From assembly GCA_051382295.1 (NCBI GenBank), contig JBBCAW010000009.1:1-36850 (forward strand): DNA of 36,850 nucleotides, written 5' to 3'. Numbering within the stretch: the stretch's first letter is position 1; each line of letters opens with the position of its first letter. This document shows, piece after piece, positions 18,073 to 27,283 of the stretch. The stretch is from Bdellovibrionota bacterium FG-1. GTDB lineage: Bacteria; Bdellovibrionota; UBA1018. The translations under genes and the position numbers were made by a program. The notes under the pieces were generated by a model that saw nothing but the letters and a program-made list of their open reading frames with translations, had not been told where the DNA came from and did not search any database.

Positions 18073-18576
18073 TCAAAGCAATCTTCGAAAAGCCGCCGGA
18101 ACATGAAAATCTGGTTTTTCCTGATGCCCCAAAAACAGGCTTCGATACGTGCGATCTGAGGGCACCTCCGAGGGCGCGCCTAGAATGGCAAACGCATTTC
18201 CAACTATACTTTCCGTTCGCCCATCCCATCCTAATTGAGCCAGAGGGATGCGCAGACTAGCCTCCCATTTTCCCGGCCCCTGGGACCGAACGGAATGCGC
18301 AAAACCGGAGCTGAAATCACGATTCACCTTTTTGCGAGGCTCAAAAATTTCCAATTCAAAAAATTGCCCCAGTGGGCTGACTTGAAACTCGTAATACGGA
18401 AGGTGATCTAATCGGCCCGCACAGGAAACGAAAAGCTCAACCACGTCCCAATCCCAGAGTCCCCATTGGGACTTATCGGCCGACAAGGCTGTGTTTAGAT
18501 ACGAACTGCGTGCCGACTGCACGCTGAAAAGGGCAGTGAGGAAGCCCCCAGCCTCCAAGCTAAATTCCACATCCAC
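18073..18576 (-). CDS. Carbohydrate-binding family 9-like (DOMON-like) protein
   Basis: LWDWDVVELF, YYEFQVSPLG, WEASLRIP and PDFH motifs. The GTG start is uncertain; the frame is open to 18663. Confidence 0.75.
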   Translation of the reverse strand: MDVEFSLEAGGFLTALFSVQSARSSYLNTALSADKSQWGLWDWDVVELFVSCAGRLDHLPYYEFQVSPLGQFFELEIFEPRKKVNRDFSSGFAHSVRSQGPGKWEASLRIPLAQLGWDGRTESIVGNAFAILGAPSEVPSDRTYRSLFLGHQEKPDFHVPAAFRRLL

Positions 18577-18668
18577 GTGTGTTTCACAGGACGATTGTTG
18601 TGGAAAAATCAGGTTGAGCGCTTGGCGGATAAAGACCCCCTCACCGGTGTGCGTGAACTCAGTTTACC

Positions 18669-18839
18669 TTAGTTCTGGGGGAGCCACTCATAAAATTTGA
18701 AAAGTTCGTTCTCGGCTTTACAGGTTTTACAAAAGCGGTTGAACACCGAACTGGCGCGAAACCAACGATCACAAATATTACAGCGGACTTGTTTGGGCTG
18801 CTGGATTTGCTTCGAATGATTCTTCAATGATGATTTCAT
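18669..18839 (-). CDS. 56-aa zinc-ribbon-like small protein (CxxC-x13-CxxC), missing from the ORF track
   Basis: MKSSLKNHSKQIQQPKQVRCNICDRWFRASSVFNRFCKTCKAENELFKFYEWLPQN*. SD GAGAGG 8 nt upstream, with a sigma54 promoter just beyond. Confidence 0.8.
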   Translation of the reverse strand: MKSSLKNHSKQIQQPKQVRCNICDRWFRASSVFNRFCKTCKAENELFKFYEWLPQN

Positions 18840-18867
18840 ATTTCTTACCTCTCTTGGGTATGTTTAA

Positions 18868-18884
18868 AGCAACCCCTATGCCAA
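18868..18884 (-). promoter_or_regulatory. sigma54 (RpoN) -24/-12 promoter
   Basis: Minus strand TTGGCATAGGGGTTGCT, with exact GG-N10-GC spacing. Confidence 0.75.
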
Positions 18885-19009
18885 TTTTTTCTGTTTTTTT
18901 TGAGATAACCCATTAAAAACTGGACTGTTTTTCAAACACTCCGACGTTCCTCACGTACCGCTTTCAGTACAAGGGTTGCGACGGCGACCCCTCTGAGATA
19001 GAAAGCGAC

Positions 19010-20119
19010 ATGCCATCACTGCCCAGGTCGCCTTTTATCTTTGCCGTTTGCCAGGTCGGCGCCGAGGCAGCGCTCAAAAAAGAGTGGGCTCGTTTGCGCC
19101 CCGATCTGCGATTTGCCTACTCCAGGCCTGGGTTTGTTACTTTTAAGGCGTCCGCTTCGGGAAAAAGTCCGACTGAATTTTCAGCTTCCCTGACAATCGA
19201 ATCGGTTTTTGCCCGCGCCTATGGTTTGTCCTTTGGAAAAGTAAACGCCACCGAAATGCCGCAGATCGTGGCGTTTGCGCGGCAACTCACTTCGATCACT
19301 GGTAAACGGCTCAGGCTTCATGCATGGGAACGCGATCAGTATTTTCCAGGTGATGAGCCACTTGGTTTCGTACGGGATGTCTGGAATGAAACCCAGTGTA
19401 GCGCCTTGCGAGCGATTGCCGAATTTGATGCCTACTCAAAGCTTTTTGCAGCTGACTCCACCGCTGAGTCCGATGATCTCGTGCTGGACCTCGTCGCCGT
19501 TGAGCCAGACGAATTTTGGTATGGCTTCCATCTCCATGCACCCTCCCACTCTCCCGTACCTGGCGGAAAATACAAGATCGAGCTCCCGCCCAATGCCCCC
19601 TCTCGGGCATTTATCAAAATCGAAGAGGCTCTTCGCTGGTCAAAAATTCCACTTCAAGCCGGGGACACCGCAGTCGAGATCGGCAGCGCGCCTGGAGGAG
19701 CAAGCTTTGCTTTACTAAAAAGAGGACTTCAGGTGATCGGAATTGATCCAGGCCAAATGGATCCAGGGGTTCTCAAGCACCCCCGCTTCCAACATATCAA
19801 AAAACCTGTCAGCCAGGTCAGCAGGGAAGAACTTCCTCATTCCGTTCAATGGCTTTTGCTCGACATGAATTCGGAACCCAGTCTGACACTAGCGGCCGCG
19901 GAACGCGTCGTATCCATGCTCGAAGACTCGCTCTTCGGGACTGTGTTTACTCTTAAACTCAACCAATGGAAGGTTGCCGATCAAATCCCCGTGATGCTTG
20001 AACGAATCAAATCTTGGCAGACCATTAAGATTCGCGCCACCCAACTTGCCAGTAATCGTCAGGAAATCGTCGTCGTCGGGTTCAGACGTCTATTACAAAA
20101 GTCACGGGGCCATCATTAA
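19010..20119 (+). CDS. RlmM-like (FtsJ-fold) rRNA 2'-O-methyltransferase
   Basis: [36 protein letters not shown] and terminal NRQEI, giving a K-D-K-E tetrad. Confidence 0.8.
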   Translation: MPSLPRSPFIFAVCQVGAEAALKKEWARLRPDLRFAYSRPGFVTFKASASGKSPTEFSASLTIESVFARAYGLSFGKVNATEMPQIVAFARQLTSITGKRLRLHAWERDQYFPGDEPLGFVRDVWNETQCSALRAIAEFDAYSKLFAADSTAESDDLVLDLVAVEPDEFWYGFHLHAPSHSPVPGGKYKIELPPNAPSRAFIKIEEALRWSKIPLQAGDTAVEIGSAPGGASFALLKRGLQVIGIDPGQMDPGVLKHPRFQHIKKPVSQVSREELPHSVQWLLLDMNSEPSLTLAAAERVVSMLEDSLFGTVFTLKLNQWKVADQIPVMLERIKSWQTIKIRATQLASNRQEIVVVGFRRLLQKSRGHH

Positions 20120-20519
20120 TCAGCGAGATTTTCATGTCGGCCTGAAAAATCCCGCCGACCGTAGGGACCCCTAAACCCGCGCTCCATGCAAGCGCCTGCT
20201 CATAAAGCTGGTTCGCTCGTTCAGGCTTTTCGGCCGTAGTAAAAGAAGGACGTCTTCCTGACGAACAATCCGCGACCAGCGTAAATTGGGAAACGATCAG
20301 GTGCTCGCCCTTTTGGTCTAACAATGAAAGGTTCATTTTTCCGGCTGAATCGGGGAAAATACGAAGCTCGCAAATCTTTTGAATGAGCTTTCTCAGTGTT
20401 GCCTCGTCATCTCCTACCTGAATCCCCAAAAGCGTGAGAAGGCCCGGCCCTATTTTCGAAACCATCTTTTCGTCGACCCCGACTTGGGCTTCCTGAACTC
20501 TTTGAATCACTGCACGCAT
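20082..20519 (-). CDS. dtd: D-aminoacyl-tRNA deacylase
   Basis: [29 protein letters not shown] and NDGPVT. Confidence 0.97.
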   Translation of the reverse strand: MRAVIQRVQEAQVGVDEKMVSKIGPGLLTLLGIQVGDDEATLRKLIQKICELRIFPDSAGKMNLSLLDQKGEHLIVSQFTLVADCSSGRRPSFTTAEKPERANQLYEQALAWSAGLGVPTVGGIFQADMKISLINDGPVTFVIDV

Positions 20520-21346
20520 ATTTCCTCACTTGGCGACGCGGGATACCTTCGTTTCAGAAACAGAAAATCCCGCTCCTTTTGGCCCACGGGGTAGGTCTCA
20601 AAATTTAGCGTTTTTCGAACATTTCTGAGTAAGGACGCCTCATGCCGCCAAAACATCTTAAGTCCATTGAGCGACTTTTGAACTTTTTTGGATGAGCGCC
20701 GCGCGCCGGCGTTTTCAACGAGCGCCAAAACCAACAGCTCCATCGCCTCCCGCGAATCGCCTCGAAAAAATGCGCTCCAAATCGGCATCCATGACTCTGG
20801 CAACTGACGATAGCCCATCACGTATGAATATTTGGGGATGACCCGTTTTCGATTGGGGGGCGTTTTATGTCCCACCCACTTGAGCAGATCCATAAGGGCC
20901 CAAAAAGCCCCCCCCGTAATCCCACGTGAACGGTAGGCGCCATGAAGCTCAAAATCCGAAAAGGCTTCGGGATGCGTGGTGAAACAAAAATACGTGACCC
21001 CTTGTTCCCGTTTGATGCCAATCAGGGGATACAGAAAATAAAACGCGCCTGCCGTATTCCAGCGTGGCCGCAAATCCTGAATCACTCGGGCCTCCAGAAG
21101 GCAGGCCGCAAGTTCGGTCGGACAAACCTCAAATTCGATCCGTGCTGAATCGGCCACAATTTTTCGCATTTTCAGGTGCTTTTTGCGCCTTTTGGCGTTC
21201 CGATACTGTCCGATCCGGCGTCGTAAATTCTTGGCCTTGCCGACGTAAATCAACGCACCCTCTTCGGAAAAAACCCGATAGATTCCAGGATTAGTGGGTA
21301 CGGAGGCCAAAAAATCTTTCCCGAACTTTCGGTCAAAAGTCTTCAT
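20507..21346 (-). CDS. GIY-YIG nuclease (UvrC/Cho-like N-terminal domain) with an unrecognised C-terminal region
   Basis: PTNPGIYRV...[28 protein letters not shown]. Confidence 0.85.
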   Translation of the reverse strand: MKTFDRKFGKDFLASVPTNPGIYRVFSEEGALIYVGKAKNLRRRIGQYRNAKRRKKHLKMRKIVADSARIEFEVCPTELAACLLEARVIQDLRPRWNTAGAFYFLYPLIGIKREQGVTYFCFTTHPEAFSDFELHGAYRSRGITGGAFWALMDLLKWVGHKTPPNRKRVIPKYSYVMGYRQLPESWMPIWSAFFRGDSREAMELLVLALVENAGARRSSKKVQKSLNGLKMFWRHEASLLRNVRKTLNFETYPVGQKERDFLFLKRRYPASPSEEICVQ

Positions 21347-21364
21347 CGCTACCGTGAGTTTACC

Positions 21365-22381
21365 TCACAGCCTCGCGCGTTGTCTAAAAATCTGTTCCAC
21401 GACTGGTTCGGCAGCCTTGCCCATGGGCGAATACGCCTTGGGCTCTTCGCCAGGTTGGCCACTCACGCCCCAAATTTGAAAGGCGCGCAATCTCGGTTCA
21501 TCACCCCAGACCCGCCTAAAGGCTTCCCAACATTTCGTAGGAAGCTTCTCATCATATTTTCGTTTCGACCAATTATAGTCCCACGGACGAGTCGCGGCCA
21601 CGTCCGTCGTGGGATATCCCACTTCGACAAATATCACCGGCAGGTCGTAAAGGGAGGCAAAAGCCAAAAGGGGCGCCTTTTGGGCTCTCCACGCCGCCTC
21701 GAGTAAAAAAATCGGGGTAAGACCGTCATTGATCGCAAGCGGAAAGTAGGCTGAAACTCCGATAGAATCGAGCTCCTTCCAAAATCTAATCAGCGGATAT
21801 TGCGCAAAAACCGGAGAAATTGTGAGATGCCCGCCATAAATTGGTCGTATACGATGAATCACATCCCTCCACCCCTTTGCATCCAAGAAGAGCAAAGTGA
21901 GTTCGCTTGCAACAATGAAACTGGAGGCGCCCTCCTTTTGAGCAAGCCAGGCAAGTTCCTCCATTCGATCGCCATAATTACGAAACCAGGCGGGCCCGTT
22001 ATCAGGGAATATCCACTGCCGGCTATCTAGCCCCCCGGCCTGAACCATCGGAATAAAATTAAAATGAAGTCCCCGTGTTCGAACTTCCGGTAACAGCTGA
22101 CGAAGTCTTTCGCCTTGAAAACTTGAAAGCAACGGCTCGCCGGGCGCCGCCTCGCACCAACGCAGGTCACTCGACGTCCGAGTATCCTGACAAAGATGGA
22201 CCAAAACCGTAATATTCCGGGCCCCGATCCGCGCCGCATCATCAATCGCGCGAACGGCTTGTGGGATGGTCCACCGCCCCCATTGCGTGAGAATAAAGCC
22301 ATCATCAGGCGCAGCCTGGACCGTGCCTACAAACCCCTGGAAGAGAAAACATGCTGCGACGATCTTCACCCAAAACGACAT
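21365..22381 (-). CDS. Secreted glycoside hydrolase, family 113-like TIM barrel
   Basis: Signal peptide; WFRNY, ASEL, W..VI..IR..Y.G.LT, FW..LD.IGVSAYFPL, PVIFVEVGY and GKAAE. Confidence 0.8.
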   Translation of the reverse strand: MSFWVKIVAACFLFQGFVGTVQAAPDDGFILTQWGRWTIPQAVRAIDDAARIGARNITVLVHLCQDTRTSSDLRWCEAAPGEPLLSSFQGERLRQLLPEVRTRGLHFNFIPMVQAGGLDSRQWIFPDNGPAWFRNYGDRMEELAWLAQKEGASSFIVASELTLLFLDAKGWRDVIHRIRPIYGGHLTISPVFAQYPLIRFWKELDSIGVSAYFPLAINDGLTPIFLLEAAWRAQKAPLLAFASLYDLPVIFVEVGYPTTDVAATRPWDYNWSKRKYDEKLPTKCWEAFRRVWGDEPRLRAFQIWGVSGQPGEEPKAYSPMGKAAEPVVEQIFRQRARL

Positions 22382-22486
22382 GCCGCAGCATAGCTACCGA
22401 AGGATCGCCCATTAATCAACATATAATATTTACCCGTGCCTTTTTCTTACTTCCCTATTCGTCAAGGTCCTGTTAATTCCGCCAGA

Positions 22487-22969
22487 ATGACCCCAGAGCT
22501 GGACGAAATTCTCCAAAGAGCTCGCCAGCTTGCCTTAAGTAGGCTTGCAGTTCGAGAGTATTCTGAAAAGGAGATGCTCGACTATCTCAAACGAAAGAGC
22601 ATTCCCGCCGAACAGGCCTCCGAGACTGTGACAACCCTCGTTTCTGAAAGACTCTTAGACAATCAACGATTCGTTAAGACCCTCGCGCGAAGCCAAGCCC
22701 TTCGAGAGAGGGGGCCTGGTTATATTCTCAATCAACTGCGCCAAAAAGGGATTCACATTGAAATGCCCCAAATGCGTGAAATATTTACTGAGGTTTCTGG
22801 TCAAACCGAGCTCGCCGTGGCTCGAAAAATCGTGGAACGCCGCTATGCTAACGCTCCCCATGACCCAACAAGCTTAAAGAGAGCCTATGAGGCACTTCTC
22901 AGACGAGGCTTCTCGGCGGAGGTCGCCCGCCAGGCTCTCTGGAATCGACCTCCATCAATGGAGGATTAG
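22487..22969 (+). CDS. recX: Regulatory protein RecX
   Basis: ALSRLAVREYSEKEM..YL, LLDNQRF, RGPGYI..QLRQKGI and LLRRGFS. Start placed at ATG 22487. Confidence 0.88.
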   Translation: MTPELDEILQRARQLALSRLAVREYSEKEMLDYLKRKSIPAEQASETVTTLVSERLLDNQRFVKTLARSQALRERGPGYILNQLRQKGIHIEMPQMREIFTEVSGQTELAVARKIVERRYANAPHDPTSLKRAYEALLRRGFSAEVARQALWNRPPSMED

Positions 22970-23752
22970 ATCGCCTTCTTGATTCAAACCTCGAATCAAG
23001 CGGTTTTGAAGTCTCAATAACTTCCGAGGATTCCCCTGATAGACTTCGGCGTTTGGCCCTTCAATCACCATTTTTGAATGAGGATAAAGAATGAATTCAG
23101 CCTCGTTCGGATGGGTGAATAACTGCTTAACATTAGCTAAAACAGTAATCCCACCCGCACGCTTCATTGTACCGTCAGCCTGAGTGGTCGGTCCAAATAC
23201 GCTTGCGATCACGCTAGGGCGCCCTTGCGCGTCTGGCATAAAGGTCTGACTGACCGAAAGCCCATTTGGAAAATACTGGTCATTGATAAATTCGAAAATA
23301 GCCGCCGTCCCCAACCAGGCCGAATGACTGATATCGACATAGGCATAAAGGTCAAATTTTGAACTCGCGGGGTGCGTGTTTTTGACTTCCACGAGCGGAT
23401 ACTCAAGCCCCAATGCGATGCCATTCGGAAGGACCGTTGTGGGCCGCAGGCTGATATATTCTGGATCCTTAAATAGCCCGATATTCAAGGAAAACCCAAG
23501 CTCAAAGGGTTCACTCGGCGTATAGGGATTAACAAATAAGAAGCCATAATCTTTGACCATGAAACCGCCGGCCAGTTCCGACTTAATGGTGTTGCTAAAG
23601 AAGAGTGAAATCTTAATCGACTCAAGATTAGGGGCTGACTTGACCGACACATGGTCAATCAAAGGTGTGGCGGGCTTGCACCCACTGGCCGCCAACGAAA
23701 AAAACAAAAGAGCCATTACTGGAATAGATACGGAACCTACTTTGCCGAACAT
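22955..23752 (-). CDS. Hypothetical lipoprotein immediately downstream of lpxC
   Basis: SD GGAG, hydrophobic signal ending LAASG-C, beta-rich mature region; 9 nt from the lpxC stop. Confidence 0.8.
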   Translation of the reverse strand: MFGKVGSVSIPVMALLFFSLAASGCKPATPLIDHVSVKSAPNLESIKISLFFSNTIKSELAGGFMVKDYGFLFVNPYTPSEPFELGFSLNIGLFKDPEYISLRPTTVLPNGIALGLEYPLVEVKNTHPASSKFDLYAYVDISHSAWLGTAAIFEFINDQYFPNGLSVSQTFMPDAQGRPSVIASVFGPTTQADGTMKRAGGITVLANVKQLFTHPNEAEFILYPHSKMVIEGPNAEVYQGNPRKLLRLQNRLIRGLNQEGDLILH

Positions 23753-23761
23753 GCCATTCTC

Positions 23762-24691
23762 CTAAACCGCGGCCAACGTACGCGCCATCGCGGCATGAAC
23801 CGGAGAGTAATCCTCTTCAGTGGCATCGACTTGATCCATGATTTCGTAATTATTGGGGTCCTTAAATATTGCCGCCAACAACTGTGCATGCAGATCATGG
23901 CCAGCCCGATGTAAACGGAAGTAACCATGGATCTGAATCCCAGCTAGTCTAAAATCACCCAGGGCATCCAGAACTTTATGACGAACCAACTCGTCCGCAC
24001 AACGAAGGCCATCTGGATTGAGCACATTCACCCGGTCCAAAACAATAGCATTATCAAGAGAACCGCCCCGGGCCAGGCCCATTCGCTTGAGGTTTTCGAC
24101 TTCATCCAGAAAGCCAAAGGTCCGGGCTCGTGCCAATTCGATAAAATTAGTTTTGCCCTCAATATAGTGAAATTCTTGGTAGCCAATTGCGGGATGATCC
24201 CACTCGATTGAACCGTGAATTTCCATGCGGGACGATGGTTCCGCGACGGCCCATTTTTCCCCTAGCTTCACTTCTACTTTGCGACGAAGCGCGAGCACTG
24301 CACGGCGCTGAAATTGAGCAAAAGTTCCGATTTGGGTAATTGCCTCGGCGAAAGGTCCGGAACTGCCGTCCATAATGGGAACTTCAGGTCCATCCACTTC
24401 AAGAATCGCGTTGTCCACGCCAAGACCCTGCAATGCAGCAAGTACATGCTCAACCGTACCCACACAAATCCGACCCCGGCCTATCGTCGTTGCCATTTGA
24501 GTATTGATCACGTTTTTATAGTGAGCCGAAATTTCAGGCCGACCATCGAGATCGGTCCGGACAAATCGAATTCCTGTATTGGGCCGGGCGGGCTTCATGG
24601 TCAAATGAGCGGGTCGTCCAGAGTGGATCCCCACTCCTTTCAGCGTAATCGAATCTTTCAACGTCCGTTGCTGAGTCCCTTTAAAATTCAT
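23762..24691 (-). CDS. lpxC: UDP-3-O-acyl-N-acetylglucosamine deacetylase
   Basis: QRTL, GVGIHSG, TVEHVLAAL, EVPIMDGS, ARTFGF, GGSLDNA, HKVLDALGD and GH. Start ATG 24691 with SD GGAGAG. Confidence 0.97.
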   Translation of the reverse strand: MNFKGTQQRTLKDSITLKGVGIHSGRPAHLTMKPARPNTGIRFVRTDLDGRPEISAHYKNVINTQMATTIGRGRICVGTVEHVLAALQGLGVDNAILEVDGPEVPIMDGSSGPFAEAITQIGTFAQFQRRAVLALRRKVEVKLGEKWAVAEPSSRMEIHGSIEWDHPAIGYQEFHYIEGKTNFIELARARTFGFLDEVENLKRMGLARGGSLDNAIVLDRVNVLNPDGLRCADELVRHKVLDALGDFRLAGIQIHGYFRLHRAGHDLHAQLLAAIFKDPNNYEIMDQVDATEEDYSPVHAAMARTLAAV

Positions 24692-24719
24692 GTGCTCTCC
24701 TAGCGATACAGGGCTATTG

Positions 24720-24736
24720 AGCAAGGCCTGTGCCCA
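24720..24736 (-). promoter_or_regulatory. sigma54 promoter upstream of lpxC
   Basis: Minus strand TGGGCACAGGCCTTGCT (GG-N10-GC), about 30 nt above the ATG. Confidence 0.7.
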
Positions 24737-24871
24737 ATTTGTTCAAAATGAGGCGCAAGGCGAAAAAATAGATAAAAACAGTTTTTAACCAATAAATTCA
24801 ATCATTTGTAATTGGATTTTTTTGCCGATGGCGACGGTTTTTGCTCGATCTCCTCGGAGAGGCCCCCTGAG

Positions 24872-24924
24872 TGTGTGTTTTCAGTCACAGGGTCGAATTC
24901 AATAGCTGTGGATTTTTAGACACA
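24872..24924. promoter_or_regulatory. Two candidate enhancer-binding-protein sites
   Basis: TGTG-N10-CACA at 24872-24889 and 24907-24924, about 135-190 bp upstream of the sigma54 promoter, across an AT-rich spacer. Confidence 0.5.
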
Positions 24925-24932
24925 GTTTTAAC

Positions 24933-25964
24933 TCAAAGCAGCGCTTGGGTGCGCCCTAAATGTCGATAGGCGGTCGCGGTGGCAACACGACCGCGAGGGG
25001 TTCTTTGGATCAACCCTTCCTGAATCAGATAGGGTTCATAGACATCCTCGAGGGTATCGCGTTCCTCGCCCAAGGCCGAAGAAAGGGTCTCGATTCCAAC
25101 CGGTCCACCCTCAAATTTTTCGATAATGGTGAGCAATAACTTTCGATCCATCCAATCCAACCCGCGTTCGTCTACCTCAAAGAGCGCCAAAGCAGCTTGA
25201 GCCACTGGACGATCAATCACCGTGCGACCCGAAGGTTTGGACATACGAACTTGTGCAAAATCCCGAACTCGCTTGAGCAGACGATTCGCAATACGTGGAG
25301 TGCCACGCGCGCGTTTTGCGATTTCATTGGCTCCGGATTCATCCATGCCAATGTCCAGAAGTTGGGCCGACCGCCGCACGATTTTCTCTAATTCTTCAAC
25401 CGGGTAAAAATCCAACCGCATCTGCACGCCAAAACGATCACGAAGGGGACTGGATAAGAGGCCGGTGCGCGTGGTGGCCCCGACTAAAGTAAAGACGGGC
25501 AAGTCAATCCTGAGGGTCCGGGCCCCCGGCCCCTGCCCAATGATGAGATCAAGCTTATAATCTTCCATCGCGCCATACAGCACTTCTTCGATGGTTTTTT
25601 GAAGGCGATGAATCTCGTCGATAAAGAGCACATCGCGAGGCTGAAGATTGGTCAGGATCGCCGCCAAATCGCCTTTTTTTTCAACATTGGGTCCTGTCAC
25701 GGTATGAATTTGGGTTCCCATTTCGTGCGCAATAATGTGCGCAAGAGTGGTCTTCCCGAGGCCAGGCGGTCCGGCGAGTAAAACATGATCGAGCGCGTCT
25801 CCGCGGCTTTTGGCCGCCTCCATAAACAGCGATAAATTATCTTTGACCTTACGCTGCCCAATATATTCGCCCAAAATGGCGGGCCGCAGGCTTTTTTCAA
25901 GCACCTGCTCCCCCTCATGAGAACCCTGAGGACTGACCAATCTTTCGAGACTTTCCTCTTTCAT
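24933..25964 (-). CDS. ruvB: Holliday junction branch migration helicase RuvB
   Basis: [34 protein letters not shown] and EPYLIQ.G...RTPRGR. Confidence 0.98.
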   Translation of the reverse strand: MKEESLERLVSPQGSHEGEQVLEKSLRPAILGEYIGQRKVKDNLSLFMEAAKSRGDALDHVLLAGPPGLGKTTLAHIIAHEMGTQIHTVTGPNVEKKGDLAAILTNLQPRDVLFIDEIHRLQKTIEEVLYGAMEDYKLDLIIGQGPGARTLRIDLPVFTLVGATTRTGLLSSPLRDRFGVQMRLDFYPVEELEKIVRRSAQLLDIGMDESGANEIAKRARGTPRIANRLLKRVRDFAQVRMSKPSGRTVIDRPVAQAALALFEVDERGLDWMDRKLLLTIIEKFEGGPVGIETLSSALGEERDTLEDVYEPYLIQEGLIQRTPRGRVATATAYRHLGRTQALL

Positions 25965-25975
25965 GGCTTCCCCTT

Positions 25976-26644
25976 TTACACTAAATGCCTAAGCGCGATT
26001 CGAATCAAGTCCTCTACTTTTTGCGGAGGGTCGTCGGCTTCATTCACTACTTTTTGCAGCGTTTGCAAGGCATCCTGCTCACGGTACCCCAGGCTTATCA
26101 GGGCCGAGGCTGCATCACGCACCAACGCCGGAACCGCGTAAGAAACTGGCCCCGCTGCCGTAGCACCGGTCGCCATCGTGTTTTTAGTTGAGGCAAATGC
26201 CGCATATATTCCCGTATCGATTTTTTTGCGAATTTTGTCTCCCAGTTCAAGAACCATTCGCTCGGCCGTTTTCTTTCCAATTCCTGGAATATGGCTTAAA
26301 AAAACCTTATCTCCCCCAGTAATCGCGCGCACCAATGCTCCTGGCTCCGCGCCCGTTAAGATGGTCAATGACATTTTAGGGCCAATGCCGTTAACCTCGA
26401 GTAAGGTTAAAAAAAGATCTTTTTCAGCCGCGGTCCGAAAGCCATAGAGATCCAGAGCGTCTTCTCGTACATGGGTGTGAATAAAAAATTCGACGGTATT
26501 TCCAGGGAGTAACCCGACGTGCCCGCCTGACTCCGGCACCATCACCGTATATCCTACGATGCCATTTTGTTCAGAGGCCCCCACCCCCACTAAAACGCGA
26601 CCCGGGGTATGCTCCAAGATTTTCCCGCTCAGATAACCGATCAT
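25976..26644 (-). CDS. ruvA: Holliday junction binding protein RuvA
   Basis: [39 protein letters not shown] and AL.SLGY. Confidence 0.97.
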   Translation of the reverse strand: MIGYLSGKILEHTPGRVLVGVGASEQNGIVGYTVMVPESGGHVGLLPGNTVEFFIHTHVREDALDLYGFRTAAEKDLFLTLLEVNGIGPKMSLTILTGAEPGALVRAITGGDKVFLSHIPGIGKKTAERMVLELGDKIRKKIDTGIYAAFASTKNTMATGATAAGPVSYAVPALVRDAASALISLGYREQDALQTLQKVVNEADDPPQKVEDLIRIALRHLV

Positions 26645-26647
26645 AGC

Positions 26648-27274
26648 TTATCGTTCTAACCGAACCCGACGTCTTCCCGCCACACTTTCTGGCGTAATTC
26701 CTAAAGACTCAGCCAAAGAGGACGCCTTTTTGCTACGCCGCCCCGAAGCGGCATGAAGCGCATCGCCAAAGCCAGCACTTTTCACTCCGATGGTCTTTGC
26801 TGCATAGGCGTGACAAATCGCGATAGCAAGCGCGTCAGAAGCATCCATCGTGGCAAAGTCCTTTTGACCTGTCAGCAAGCTCACCATACGAGCCACCTGC
26901 GTTTTATCGGCCCCGCCCGACCCAACGACCGCCTGCTTAATTTCACTGGGACTATACTCCACAATGCTCAAGCCATGAATCCGGCCCGTCACAATCGCAA
27001 CCCCCCGAGCCTGCCCGAGTTTCAGGGCCGAGGCTGCGTTTTTTGCAAAAAAGACCTTTTCGATGGCAAGAACCGTCGGCTGAACCTCCAAAATCACTGA
27101 CGAGAGGCCCTCGTAAATCAAGAAAAGCCGCTCCTCCAACGGGATCACAGCTTTTCCGCCCGTATTAGCCAAACGAAGGGTTCCATGCGTGACATGCCGC
27201 AGTTGATTACCCAAAATATCCACGCAGCCATATCCCAACAAACGAGAACCGGGATCAATTCCTAGGATTCGCAT
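26648..27274 (-). CDS. ruvC: Crossover junction endodeoxyribonuclease RuvC
   Basis: ILGIDPG, AIEKVFF.KN..SALKLGQARG and DASDALAIA.CH, plus a basic C-terminal extension of ~50 aa. Confidence 0.97.
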   Translation of the reverse strand: MRILGIDPGSRLLGYGCVDILGNQLRHVTHGTLRLANTGGKAVIPLEERLFLIYEGLSSVILEVQPTVLAIEKVFFAKNAASALKLGQARGVAIVTGRIHGLSIVEYSPSEIKQAVVGSGGADKTQVARMVSLLTGQKDFATMDASDALAIAICHAYAAKTIGVKSAGFGDALHAASGRRSKKASSLAESLGITPESVAGRRRVRLER

Positions 27275-27283
27275 GAAGTCACT

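Noticed and set aside
24692..24724. Longer TTG start for lpxC
   Set aside because: It overlaps the sigma54 -12 box; ATG 24691 has a good SD and matches the usual LpxC N-terminus.
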